Source: Calditrichia bacterium (GTDB lineage: Bacteria; Calditrichota; Calditrichia; JAJRVZ01). Taken from it: a DNA stretch of 64,000 bases. Positions 31,579 through 42,576 of this stretch are shown here, piece by piece. A model generated the notes under the pieces. It worked only from the letters and a program-made list of their open reading frames with translations, was not told the DNA's origin and ran no database searches. Every line of letters begins with the position of its first letter. Positions within the stretch are counted from its first letter, which is position 1. The stretch lies in the NCBI GenBank assembly GCA_963796965.1, contig CAWCNS010000002.1:32001-96000 (forward strand), written 5' to 3'. The position numbers were made by a program, and so were the translations under genes.

Positions 31579-32130
31579 TTATTGTCCATTCTGCAAAAGC
31601 AGGTTTATCAGCTCTCTCATTTCAATTTCAAAATCTTCAGGATTGGAAAATCCTTTTTGCTTCCTTTGAATCTTACCGTATTGATCGATAACAAATAATC
31701 GTGGCAAGGTTAATGCATCATACCTCTCTGCTGTTTTTTGGTAACGGTCTAAAAGAACAGGGATTTTTACATTGGCTTTCTGCAAAAATTTTGAAATTTT
31801 TTCTCTTTCCTCACCTACATCAATTAGAAAAAATTTGACCGGTTGCTCCTTGAATTCTTTTTGTAATTTTTCCAGGTGTGGGATTTCCTTTTTACAGGGT
31901 TCGCACCAGGTGGCAAAAAAACTAAGCACAACAACATGTTTTGTTTTATTCTTCCAGGGTTTGCGTAATTTCTCACCACAATAATCACGGAGTGAAATAT
32001 ATTCCTCTTCAACAGAAGGCAAGGAAAAAGTTGGTGCTTCGCATCCTATGCAAAGGGGATCTTCTGTTTGTTGGGCCGTTAGCAGATTTGAAAATAACAG
32101 GATTAGAACGAGAAGTAAATTAGCACGCAA
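31579..32130 (-). CDS. TlpA/ResA-like thiol-disulfide oxidoreductase
   Basis: Signal peptide, FFATWCEPC, LPRLFVID; AAGGAG RBS before the TTG start. Confidence 0.85.
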   Translation of the reverse strand: MRANLLLVLILLFSNLLTAQQTEDPLCIGCEAPTFSLPSVEEEYISLRDYCGEKLRKPWKNKTKHVVVLSFFATWCEPCKKEIPHLEKLQKEFKEQPVKFFLIDVGEEREKISKFLQKANVKIPVLLDRYQKTAERYDALTLPRLFVIDQYGKIQRKQKGFSNPEDFEIEMRELINLLLQNGQ

Positions 32131-32418
32131 AATATTTTCTCCTTTAATGGAAGCGTAAACGTAGACGCCTGAATATCAAAATGAGTTCTGCCGAAAACAA
32201 GCAGATCTCTCTGTGTTATAAGATTAGTAAAGAGCACCTTAGATAAGCTTTTATCAGTTAACGTCTCGGTAAAGATAATATTCCCTACAATAAAATTCAC
32301 AAAAATTTTAAATAGAATATAATGTTATATTAAGATTTAATGTTGTTGCAGATCACCTTCTTGATAGTGTATTTCCTGACATTGAAATAGTTTAAAATTT
32401 GATAAATACAGAATCCGT

Positions 32419-33603
32419 TCAGACCGGACAGATTTTTCCAAGAAATACGGGCCTGCTTGCACCTGTTACACCGGGGAGATTTGAATAATTGCCTCTAATC
32501 ATTTCATTTGCTAAAATGGCGAAACAAATAGCCTCTTTAGAATCTTCATCAAGACCGAATTGACCGGATAGTTTAACCTCTACTCCATCAAAATATTCTG
32601 CCAAGGACTTCATTAAAAATCGATTATGACATCCTCCTCCCCCAACATATATTTCCTTAATATCCCTTTTTACAAATTTTTCTGCGGCCTGCCAGATAGT
32701 AAAAGCGGTATATCTTGAAACGGTATGAATAATATCAGGTTCAGAAATGCGGCGACGGAGCGCCTTTTTTAATAACCCCAGAACAAATTCCTTGCCATAA
32801 TGCTCCCTTCCCGTAGATTTAGGAGGTGCTAACAGAGGGAAAGAATCCTCCTTTAAAAGATAGTCAAATAGTTTTTCAGAAAAATTACCCAAAGATGCTT
32901 TTTCACCGTTATTATCAATTGGTAATTCATAGAGGCGTTGCATTAATTGATCGATAAGCATATTTCCCGGTCCGGTATCAAAGGCAAGCACATCTTCTTT
33001 TCTACCATTTTCAGGCACAAAGGTAAAATTAGCAATACCGCCAATATTTAAGACCAGAACATTTCGTTTTAGCTTTGAAAAGAGCAACCAATCGACGTAA
33101 GGTACAAGGGGTGCTCCCTGTCCTCCCAAAGCCACATCAGCGACCCTAAAATCACCAATAGTCGCGATCCCACTTAATTGCGCTAACACCGCAGGGTCAC
33201 CAATTTGAAAGGTTGAACTTATCTGCCGACCAATAAAATTTTCTGCTATCGGCATATGGTAAATAGTCTGGCCATGGCTGCCAATTAGATCAATATCTTT
33301 GGCATTCAACTTAGCCTTTTTTAGCATCTCCTTGATAGCCCCAGACCAAACATCAGCCAGAAAAAAATTCAACTGACTAAGTGATTTCAAATCCGTTCTT
33401 CCGGATTCAAGGGTTTCCAACAGATAACTCTTTTGTGATAAATCATAGGGCTTGTGATACGAATGGTCTAATTTATAGGAGGTCGATGTTCCGGATCCCG
33501 TTATCTCGATCAGAGCCAGGTCGACACCATCACAGGAAGTTCCGGACATCAGACCAATTATCTTGAGGGATTTTTTCTTTCGAAAATTCAATAATTGTTT
33601 CAT
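32419..33603 (-). CDS. anmK: Anhydro-N-acetylmuramic acid kinase
   Basis: GLMSGTS.DGVD, GSHGQT, GGQGAPLVP, NIGGIAN, FDTGPGN, KSTGRE. Confidence 0.96.
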   Translation of the reverse strand: MKQLLNFRKKKSLKIIGLMSGTSCDGVDLALIEITGSGTSTSYKLDHSYHKPYDLSQKSYLLETLESGRTDLKSLSQLNFFLADVWSGAIKEMLKKAKLNAKDIDLIGSHGQTIYHMPIAENFIGRQISSTFQIGDPAVLAQLSGIATIGDFRVADVALGGQGAPLVPYVDWLLFSKLKRNVLVLNIGGIANFTFVPENGRKEDVLAFDTGPGNMLIDQLMQRLYELPIDNNGEKASLGNFSEKLFDYLLKEDSFPLLAPPKSTGREHYGKEFVLGLLKKALRRRISEPDIIHTVSRYTAFTIWQAAEKFVKRDIKEIYVGGGGCHNRFLMKSLAEYFDGVEVKLSGQFGLDEDSKEAICFAILANEMIRGNYSNLPGVTGASRPVFLGKICPV

Positions 33604-33657
33604 GAAGTTTTCACTTTTCTCTTCTCCACTCCTTTTTCACTTTTGCCCGGGGTTAAA

Positions 33658-35831
33658 TCAAAGTTTCCCTGATAATGTTAAAACAATATTTCGTGTAGGA
33701 GCAATGGATCCTACCAAATCAACATAATGATACTGGAATACATTATTTAGTTGGAGCGAAGTTTTCAGTTTAAGATCATTTAGCGAAAAAGAATAGATAA
33801 TTCGAAGATCAACTATATGAGCAGGCACGCGTGCCTCAGCATCCGCAATAAAGAGAGATAAATTTTCATCGATGCGATCCCAGTCAGAAATAAATCGATA
33901 ATCAAACCCAAATTGAAAATCTCCCCATTCATACAGGGCATGATCATAGAGCAGATGTCGCGACCGAAAAATCAGAAAATCATTTTTTGTTAGATCCCTG
34001 GCATCTACAAATGTATATCCGATATGATTGGTTAGTCTGTCATTTAGCGCTTTTAGACTAAAATTGATTTCAAAACCGACTGTCCTGGCATTGGTAACAT
34101 TCCGAAATTGAATTTTCTGATCTCCTGTGAACGTCCCTTCAATCAAATCCCAGAATCGGTTATAAAATAAAGCAAGATCAAAAAAGTAACTTTTACTAAA
34201 AAACTGGTTATAACCTATTTCTAAAGACTGGCTACGCTCAGGTTTTAAGTCATAATTTGGGATCACTTCTAGTCCACTTGCTGTGGTATTGGTAAATACT
34301 TCTGCAATTGATGGTGCCCGAAATCCTCTCCCTGCTGACAATCTAAAAGCTGTGGCATTTGCTGCTTTGTATACAAGGCCAAGTTTCGGATTTATCTGAT
34401 AGTCATCACCCAGACTGTCCATGGTAAAATAATCAATACGAAGACCCGGGGTAATATGAAAATTCTCAAGCCATTTTATCTCATCCTGAACATAAAAAGT
34501 CTGCATTCTTTCCCGAATTATCTGAAAAAATATTGGACGATACCTGGCTAAAATTTCCTTCAAGCCCAAGAGTCAATTGATGATCCTGGATATGATAATT
34601 ATATTGAAATTCCGCGTCCCAGAAATTAGATCTTGATTGGTTCCCTGTAAAATTTTCTTCGGCCCCAATATTATCATCAAATTTATTTTGAAACCAAATG
34701 GATTTAAATGAAAAGTATTGATCCTTATCAATAATATGTCGGTAATCACCGGAGATATGCCAGCGTTTTGAAATCACTTTATCATTGAGTTGCTCATCCG
34801 GTGGTTCAAGAGCATTATTAAGATCTTTCCAGTATAAAAAGTTGGCACGCTCCTGATCCATATAAGTAGCAGAAAGTGTTAACTCCTGGAAAGCTGAAAG
34901 ATCAAAATTTAAGGCACCGCTGAAATGATATCTCTTCATCCAATCATTCCGACGGTAGTCTGTCATCCTGATCATGTGATGCCCCAAATCGATAACCAAC
35001 GGCTCCTGATTTGTTCGAATAATTAAATTTTATTCCTGCCATAAAGCGGGATCTATTCGACCAATCCCATTCCGGGTAATAGGTATCGGAATATAAACCA
35101 CCATACATTCTGAACGTCAGATGCGGATCAGCTTCGATTTTTTTATTTATAACATTGATCACACCACCGATTGCACTAGATCCATAAAGAGCTGAACCAG
35201 CACCTTTTACAATCTCAATTCTTTCAACTTCTTGAATTGAAATTGATTCAAAGTTTGCTTCTTTTGTATCACCCGTGAGATAGGGTATTCCATCCATCAA
35301 CATCATTACCCGGCTTCCGGCACCACGACTATACCCACTTGAACCTCGAATATTAATCTGGTCACCGGTTAAGGTAACACCAGAAACATATTGTAAGGCT
35401 TCGTCAAGTGTCACCGCATTGCGGTTCTCAATTTCTGTTACTGTTATATTTCCAATACTTACCGGTACATCTTGAATATTTTGAGCATACCGGGACGCTG
35501 TCACCACAATGGGCTGAGATTGTAATGCAACTGGATCTAGCTGAATATTGCCGACATCAACAATATCATCTTCCGTTCCAATTTTCACCTCTTTCATTTT
35601 ATATCCAATCATTGAGATGATAAGTGAAAATTGTCCCCGGGGTGCCCGGACAATCTGAAACATTCCCTGATCGTCAGAGGCAGCCCCCATGACCGTTCCC
35701 TTAAGATAAACATTTGCCCCGGCAACCGACTGCCCTTCTTCATCTACGATTTTGCCTTTGATTACAGATTGTGCCATCACCATCGAACAAATCGAGAAAA
35801 ATAGAAGAATATATTTTAAAATGACTTTCAT
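33658..35831 (-). CDS. TonB-dependent receptor (carboxypeptidase-regulatory-like domain, plug, barrel) with two frameshifts at about 34959 and 34500
   Basis: Three ORF pieces join after two single-base deletions. Motifs VVTASR, INIRG, VERIEIVKGAGSALYG, GFRAPS.AE, LKPERS. Confidence 0.88.
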
Positions 35832-35987
35832 TTATATCCTAAAAACATCCCATTGAAATACGTTCCTCTCCGGTTCACTAACCGGCGCTAAATCATTCCT
35901 GATTAAATTGTTGCCTCCCAAATCATACATGATTTGGCTCGTATCCAGCATCCCGTATCGACTATTATGTCTCTCCAAAAATTCACA

Positions 35988-36491
35988 TTAAAATGGTTGA
36001 ATCGGTAAGTCTTTAAAATCTACTTTTATATTAATATTTCCAAGAATACCTCCTGGTTTAACCGTAATCGAGGTTGGCAACGGATCTGTTGGCACCGTAT
36101 CATATTGACCTGCGGCAAGCCAATCTGAACTAATATTTGATCCAAATTGTTGGGCAACAACAACATATTCATAAACACCAGGATCCAATTCTAGGAGGAA
36201 ATATGTCGTATCTGCATAATAAGGCAAATTTGATTCATTTAATCCAGGATAGACCGTTGCATTTCCAGATAGAACCTCACCAAGGATATCCCCGGGGGGA
36301 TAATTTTTAAAAACAACCAAACGTAAATCGTTCAAGCTATCTGCCGGAGGCCAATTTTGATAACTTATATATCCACGAATGCCTGCTCTTCCATCCGCAT
36401 CTACACCTGTAGGTTTTAAGCCATGGTCGCAGGAGGGAAATATAACGAATACGATTAGAGTTAGTATTATGGAGAAGATTATTCTATTCAT
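35988..36491 (-). CDS. Hypothetical lipoprotein upstream of the TonB-dependent receptor
   Basis: Hydrophobic signal ending FPSC; likely ATG at 36491. Confidence 0.7.
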   Translation of the reverse strand: MNRIIFSIILTLIVFVIFPSCDHGLKPTGVDADGRAGIRGYISYQNWPPADSLNDLRLVVFKNYPPGDILGEVLSGNATVYPGLNESNLPYYADTTYFLLELDPGVYEYVVVAQQFGSNISSDWLAAGQYDTVPTDPLPTSITVKPGGILGNINIKVDFKDLPIQPF

Positions 36492-36600
36492 GGTATGATA
36501 TAAATTTGTTTTAATTCTCACTGCCCAAATATACAGGAATTTGACATAAATCATCACATAAAATTTCTGATTTGTTACTTATATTTATCTGCTAATATTT

Positions 36601-36628
36601 TAAAGATTGTGGTATTGGTGTCCGATAA
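36601..36628 (+). promoter_or_regulatory. Sigma28 (FliA/WhiG)-like promoter candidate
   Basis: TAAA-N16-TCCGATAA about 155 bp upstream of the gene at 36785. Confidence 0.35.
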
Positions 36629-36784
36629 TTAATCATATGTACAAAAAATCATTAATATAGGTCTATTGTTGTTAGTGGAACTTATCCATCTTCATTTTCT
36701 TCAATCGCGATAATCCGAATTGTAATCATTGATGAAGTTATAAGAAAAACAAAGCAGCACAAACACTTTTAGTGGGAGTGAAAA

Positions 36785-37147
36785 ATGGCAGAGAATAGAG
36801 TAGATTTAAAGAGATTAATCCTTCTGATAAAAGAGAACAAGGATTTTGAGGCTAATTTAATTCTTGATGAAGGATGTATACTTGAAACTGCTGATCCAAA
36901 ACCTCTCGTAAAAGTGATCAATTATTTTATCAATTATCTTGGTCAATTATCAGAACAGCCATTGGAAATTTCGTTGGATCTCAGAAACAACGACAATCTT
37001 CTCAGTTTTATGGTTTATACTGATAAATCAGATATCCCCTCAGTTAGCTCTGAAGTTCAGGATGTTCTTAAAAATTACAAAGCTTCTTTAGAGCCAATTC
37101 ATGAGAAAGGAAAATACATTCAATTTAAACTTTCATTTGCCCACTAA
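36785..37147 (+). CDS. Hypothetical protein resembling a degenerate stand-alone HATPase_c domain
   Basis: GGAG RBS. Pattern VDL..LI...ADP..L..VI..FI......LEIS......LSF...V..VLKNYKASLE...EKGK..QFKLSF. Confidence 0.6.
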   Translation: MAENRVDLKRLILLIKENKDFEANLILDEGCILETADPKPLVKVINYFINYLGQLSEQPLEISLDLRNNDNLLSFMVYTDKSDIPSVSSEVQDVLKNYKASLEPIHEKGKYIQFKLSFAH

Positions 37148-37169
37148 CTGCTAGCCGCAATAAAGCAAA

Positions 37170-38965
37170 TTACTGCTGTGCTGACTGCATTCTTTCAAGA
37201 AACTGCTCAGCCTCTTCGAACCCTGTCAAACGAAGATTCTCAATTTCTGAACCGCTTTTATCTAAAAACACAATCGTCGGTACACCCATTATATTAAACT
37301 TTGTTCTCAAATTATTCGTTTCTTCTGATTGGAACCGGGTGAGATCTGCTTTAATTGTTACAAAACCTTCAGACTTTTGAATGACCTGCTCATTACTAAA
37401 AGTAAACTTATCCAACTCTTTACAAGGAATGCACCAGTCTGCATAAAAATCAATAATGACAGGTTTTTTAGATACCATTGCCTGCTCTAATTCTTCAGCC
37501 GTGTACACTTGCCAGGCAATCTTTGCTCCCTCATCAGATTCAGTAGGAATAACAAAATATAAACCTATCAAAATAAATAAACTTCCAACAAGATAACGCG
37601 TAATTTTAAATGCTTTTGTACCTGTATTTTTATCCAACCAACCAACATAGATTCCGGCAACAATAGATAACAGAGCAAGTAAAATATAATAAATCGTCTT
37701 GCTCGGAAAAAGTGGTTCAAGGAAATAAATGGCCATACCTATTAAAATAAATCCAAAAATATTTCTTACCCAAACCATCCAGGCACCAGATCGAGGTAAT
37801 CGCGTTGCCGCTCCTGAAAAAATACCTAATACCAGAAATGGTGTACCCAATCCCATTGCCAGGACAAAGAACATCCAGAAACCAAGAACCGGATCCCCAG
37901 CTCACTTACATAAGTGAGTAAACCAAGTACAAAGGGCCCTATGCAAGGGGCGGCAATTAAGCCAACAGTTAACCCCATAAACATCGTACCGATATATCCT
38001 GCCCTGTTCTTGCTACCCATCATAGCTAAAGACTGGGGGATACGTATTTCATATAATCCAAACATGCTAAGCGCAAGTCCTAACATCACAAGGGCAACAA
38101 AAATAAGGACAAGTGGATTTTGCAAGGCACTTCCTAACAAACTACCCGTTAAAGCGGCCAGGACCCCAAGGATAGAATAGGTGATAGACATCCCAAAGAC
38201 ATAAATCGCCGCCCTGAAAACTAAAGCTGTTTTATTTCCCTCCGACTGGCCACCAAAATAACTGATTGTGATAGGTATCAAAGGATATACACAAGGTGTA
38301 AGATTTAAAGCCAATCCACCTAAGAAAATAAAGATAAAGGCATAAAACAGGCCACTTTCTTTTATTACATTAGAGAATTCATTGTTTTCATCTGAGACAT
38401 TTTGTCCTTCAAATTGGGGTAACATTTTAGCAAAAATAGCTTCATTGGTTTTAGAGACGATTGTACCCATCTCGCGAACCGATACCAATGAAGCAACATA
38501 ATATTGTGTAGGTGCAAGGCAACTTTCATCATTACAAGCCTGATAAAATATATTTCCACTAATCTTTAGTTCACTAACTTTTATATTTGGAGAAATAGTG
38601 ACAGTTGTGAGCGCATAAACTCTTCCCTCATAAACAGACATTTTTGTATCAGAGAAGGAAAATTTTCGCAACTCGGGCTCCATATATCGGATTTTACCAA
38701 ATGTTATACCCTCTGTTTCATCAAACTTTATCTCCGTCGGAATAAGAAAGTCTTCCAGCGGTTCATTTGAGTTAACATGCCAGTTTTCTTTAATAGACAT
38801 TTCTACTAATAATTGATAACTCTCTTGCTTTGTAAGTTCTTCTGCAGGAAGTAAAATTCGGGCAGTGAGAATTTCTTCTGCTTTATCTGCAAACTGGTCG
38901 CCAGGACCGGCCCATAATAAAGTTGCTGCAAAAAACAATAGTAGCATAATATTAATATTTCTCAT
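37170..38965 (-). CDS. dsbD: Thiol:disulfide interchange protein DsbD, with one base missing at about 37895-37898
   Basis: N-domain YQACNDESCLAP, TM-domain LTPCVYP and AAPCIGP, C-terminal FYADWCIPCK. Confidence 0.9.
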
Positions 38966-39347
38966 ACCTTTTACCTCTGTTCTTCACTTATATTTTCAAA
39001 CGAAATCTTTATTTATCGACGCTACGTTCTCTCTCACTACAATGAATGAGAGTTTACTTAAACAAATGAACATCTATCTTACCAATTTACATTATTTACA
39101 TAAAGATATGCAACCTATCAGAGAGCGAATCTTTCCTTCGCCATATATGGTTTTCATACACCCAAATATCTGGTAACCGGATAAATATGACTATTATTAT
39201 TATCAAAAGATTAGATTCCATTTTTAAAAATAAGTTTCATCAATATAAAAATTTATTTTGGTTCCCGTATTTTGTATTTTGTAGAGATATCATAATCCAA
39301 AATATTTCAGTTTTATCAATTCACTTATTCAAAAGGAAATTGCATCC

Positions 39348-40676
39348 ATGAGGTATTTTCCTATTCTATTTCTATTTCTGATTTTTGCCGGTTACGCCAG
39401 TGCGTCAGATAATTTACAGGGACAGATACTTTCAGCAAAAAACAAGGTCTTTCCAGCCCTGGTTCATATTGAACCAGTAAAAGAGGTCTTCGAAAACGGA
39501 AAAAGAGTCAAAGTCCAGGTAACCGGGTCGGGCGTTATTTTTAGTCCTGATGGTTATATCTTAACAAATAATCATGTTGCTGAAAAGGCCCGCTATGTCT
39601 TTTGTACACTATCAAATCGGGATGAGGTTCGTGCCGAAGTTATCGGTCTCGACGCCCTCACTGATCTTGCAGTACTTAAGCTTGATTTGAGTGATAAGGA
39701 TTATAAGACCGTATCCTATGCAAATTTTGGCGACAGTGATACTCTTGAAGTTGGTGAAATTGTTATGGCTTTAGGATCACCATTAGGATTGAGTCGCTCA
39801 ATGTCATTAGGCGTTGTTTCTTCAATTGACCGATATTTTGAAGATATTGGCGAAATGGTATCACCCTACAACTTGTGGATTCAAACCGATGCTGCCATCA
39901 ACCCTGGAAATAGTGGAGGTCCACTAATTAATATCAATGGGGAAGTAGTAGGTATCAATGCACGTGCTATATTTTTTGGTGAAAATCTTGGCTTTGCAAT
40001 TCCCATTAATACGGCCAAGTTAGTTATTGATCGTATCCTTAAATATAAAGTTGTGAGAAGATCGGTTATTGGGATTGATTGGCAGGAAATAAAGGACTAC
40101 AGAAAATACAAAAAAGACTCAGATCTTGAAGGTGTATTGATAGCGAATATTGATAAAATATCTCCTGCAGAAAAAGCGGGATTAAAACCCGGAGATGTCA
40201 TCTATTCAATAAATGCGAGACCTATAAGTGCTCTTTATAAGGAAGAATTGCCAAAGATACGGAAATATGTTTCTGAAATACCCGTTGGCCAGCAAATCAC
40301 CTTCAAATTTTTACGGGATGGCAAAAAAGAGCAGTTGGAGGTCATTACTGATCAACGTGGAAAGTTTGAAGGCAATGAATTTGAATGTGAAAACTGGGGC
40401 CTATCTGTTAAGGAGATAACACCTCGTATCATTAAAAACCTTAGACTGAAAGATGGTAGTGGGGTCCTGGTAAGCGGCGTCAGGATTGGAAGCCCGGCTG
40501 ATGAGGCTGATGTTTACAGGGGATATGTAATTCAAAATGTAGATGGAATAAAGATTTCTGATCTTGAGCAATTTAAAGAAATATATCAGACAGCAAAACA
40601 ACTCCCGGCGAAAGGACGAATGCTGGAACTGGTTTACAAAGAATCGCTGATCTTCGCTCTGCTTAAGGAGGAGTAG
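39348..40676 (+). CDS. HtrA/DegP-family serine protease with two PDZ domains
   Basis: GSGVI, TNNHV, DLAVL and QTDAAINPGNSGGPL give an intact catalytic triad. Confidence 0.93.
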   Translation: MRYFPILFLFLIFAGYASASDNLQGQILSAKNKVFPALVHIEPVKEVFENGKRVKVQVTGSGVIFSPDGYILTNNHVAEKARYVFCTLSNRDEVRAEVIGLDALTDLAVLKLDLSDKDYKTVSYANFGDSDTLEVGEIVMALGSPLGLSRSMSLGVVSSIDRYFEDIGEMVSPYNLWIQTDAAINPGNSGGPLININGEVVGINARAIFFGENLGFAIPINTAKLVIDRILKYKVVRRSVIGIDWQEIKDYRKYKKDSDLEGVLIANIDKISPAEKAGLKPGDVIYSINARPISALYKEELPKIRKYVSEIPVGQQITFKFLRDGKKEQLEVITDQRGKFEGNEFECENWGLSVKEITPRIIKNLRLKDGSGVLVSGVRIGSPADEADVYRGYVIQNVDGIKISDLEQFKEIYQTAKQLPAKGRMLELVYKESLIFALLKEE

Positions 40677-40677
40677 T

Positions 40678-42111
40678 ATGAAATTTATATCAACTTTTTT
40701 GCTGATCCTGTTTATTTGCCAAACTTCTATCGTCACAGCACAATCTAATTTGGACTGGCCTGAAAACATTAAAAAGTTTGACCAGAGTATTTGCATTGTA
40801 GAATATTTTCAACCTCAGGTCGAGATTGGTGAAATTAAAGACAAGAGCAGAATTAAGAGAAAGATTACAGGTATTCTTGTCAATGAGGAAGGATTAGTTG
40901 TAACCTCTGACATTATTTATCCGGCTAATTTAGATATTGTAGAAACAACTGCATTTTACTTTACCACCCAACCACTCCCGGAAAATATTACAGTCTCATT
41001 TGAACGTGACAAAAAACTTAAAGCAAAATTTCTTGGCAAAGATGAAGATCTGCGTCTGGCATTTTTACAAATTATTGAAACAGATGATTTGCCAGATCCA
41101 GTAGAGTTTGAAGATAAAGAGGCCTTTCAAATCGGTGATCCGATATTTTTGATTCAGCACTTAAATGGACGATTCGATTTTGAAAAGATTATTACAGCCC
41201 ACAACGTAAACACAATTATTCAAAAACCAAAAACTAAACTGTTAACAACATCTAAAATCAGCGCATTATCACCAGGTGGTCTTGTTGTTGATATCAATGG
41301 TAAAGCTATTGGGACAATTTATCGCGGTGAAAATTATTATATCCAGTACGATTATGAATACGAAGCCCCGTATGCTAATGAGACATTGTTGCAGATTACG
41401 CCTTCTGCTCAATTTTTCAAATTGATAAAAAATCCTCCGAAAATTCTATCGCAGAAAGAGGGCAGTGGAAAAAGTTGGCTTGGCATCCAAATGCAAATAT
41501 TAACAAAAGATATGGCTGCTTATTGGGGGCTAAATAATACTTTTGGGATTATTATTAATAAAGTTACGACCGCCTCACCTGCTGAAAAAGCTGGGTTAAA
41601 ACAGGGAGATATCATCATTTCATTGGGAGACCTCAAATTCCAGGGTTATGACAAGAAGAATCTCGATGTATTACGCACTTATGTCAGAAATTTACCGGAA
41701 GGAAATATATCGGCAGATATCATGAGAGATAAAAAACTGACAACCCTAACAATTCCTTTAGAGAGTGCCCCAAAAAGCAGATTTTTGGCGGAGGAATATT
41801 CGAATGGTTTTCTTGGTATTGGAGTGAAGGAATTAACGCAGGATTATATCATAAATAACGATCTTGATTTTAATACAGAAGGCGTCTGGGTTTCGAGGAT
41901 TGAGGATGCAGGAGCAGCCAGTATTGCTGGTATCGAAATTAACGATCTGATTTTACAAATTAATGAATCTGAGATTAAAGATCTGGAAGAATTTGAGAGG
42001 AATACAAAAAATATTCAAGATTCCAGTGAAAAATATATCCAAATATTTCTGAAAAGAATGGGGAAAACTCGTTTTGTATATATAAAGATGCTACCGGACG
42101 ATATTAGATAG
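40678..42111 (+). CDS. HtrA-like PDZ protein with a degenerate protease domain
   Basis: Same layout as the upstream gene (GILV...GLVVT, LAFLQI, GGLVVDING..IG, two PDZ domains), but TSDI replaces TNNHV and ALSPGG replaces GNSGG. Confidence 0.8.
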   Translation: MKFISTFLLILFICQTSIVTAQSNLDWPENIKKFDQSICIVEYFQPQVEIGEIKDKSRIKRKITGILVNEEGLVVTSDIIYPANLDIVETTAFYFTTQPLPENITVSFERDKKLKAKFLGKDEDLRLAFLQIIETDDLPDPVEFEDKEAFQIGDPIFLIQHLNGRFDFEKIITAHNVNTIIQKPKTKLLTTSKISALSPGGLVVDINGKAIGTIYRGENYYIQYDYEYEAPYANETLLQITPSAQFFKLIKNPPKILSQKEGSGKSWLGIQMQILTKDMAAYWGLNNTFGIIINKVTTASPAEKAGLKQGDIIISLGDLKFQGYDKKNLDVLRTYVRNLPEGNISADIMRDKKLTTLTIPLESAPKSRFLAEEYSNGFLGIGVKELTQDYIINNDLDFNTEGVWVSRIEDAGAASIAGIEINDLILQINESEIKDLEEFERNTKNIQDSSEKYIQIFLKRMGKTRFVYIKMLPDDIR

Positions 42112-42123
42112 GAGAGGACTTTA

Positions 42124-42576
42124 ATGGACATTTTACAAACAATCTTTGATAAACAATTTGAATTGAATAAGAGAATATTAAAAGAACGACATGGACTAGA
42201 TTTTGAAGATATTTGTGACCATTCTAACCAGGACGAAAAAAATGAAAATCTACGTGTCCAATGGTTACTTAATTATAGTCGTGCACAAATTCATGAATCT
42301 ATTGAATTAGAAGATTCCTTACCCTGGAAATGGTGGAAAGACAAATCTGAGATAGACTGGCAAAACATTGGTATTGAATTGATCGATGAATTACATTTTT
42401 GGGTAAGTAAATGCCAACTGGCCGGATTAGATGTAGAAAAATTAGCGGACCTCTATCATAAAAAAAACAAACTTAACCAACTGCGCCAGGATAAAGGGTA
42501 TGGTAGTACCTATCAGAAAATTGATAAAAATGGTGTCGAAGATAATAAACGTATGGAGGATCTTTTAGGTGATTAA
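42124..42576 (+). CDS. Dimeric (all-alpha) dUTPase family protein
   Basis: Q..LN, E..EL....PWKWWK, E.ID.LHF, Y..KN.LN..RQ..GY. Confidence 0.85.
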   Translation: MDILQTIFDKQFELNKRILKERHGLDFEDICDHSNQDEKNENLRVQWLLNYSRAQIHESIELEDSLPWKWWKDKSEIDWQNIGIELIDELHFWVSKCQLAGLDVEKLADLYHKKNKLNQLRQDKGYGSTYQKIDKNGVEDNKRMEDLLGD

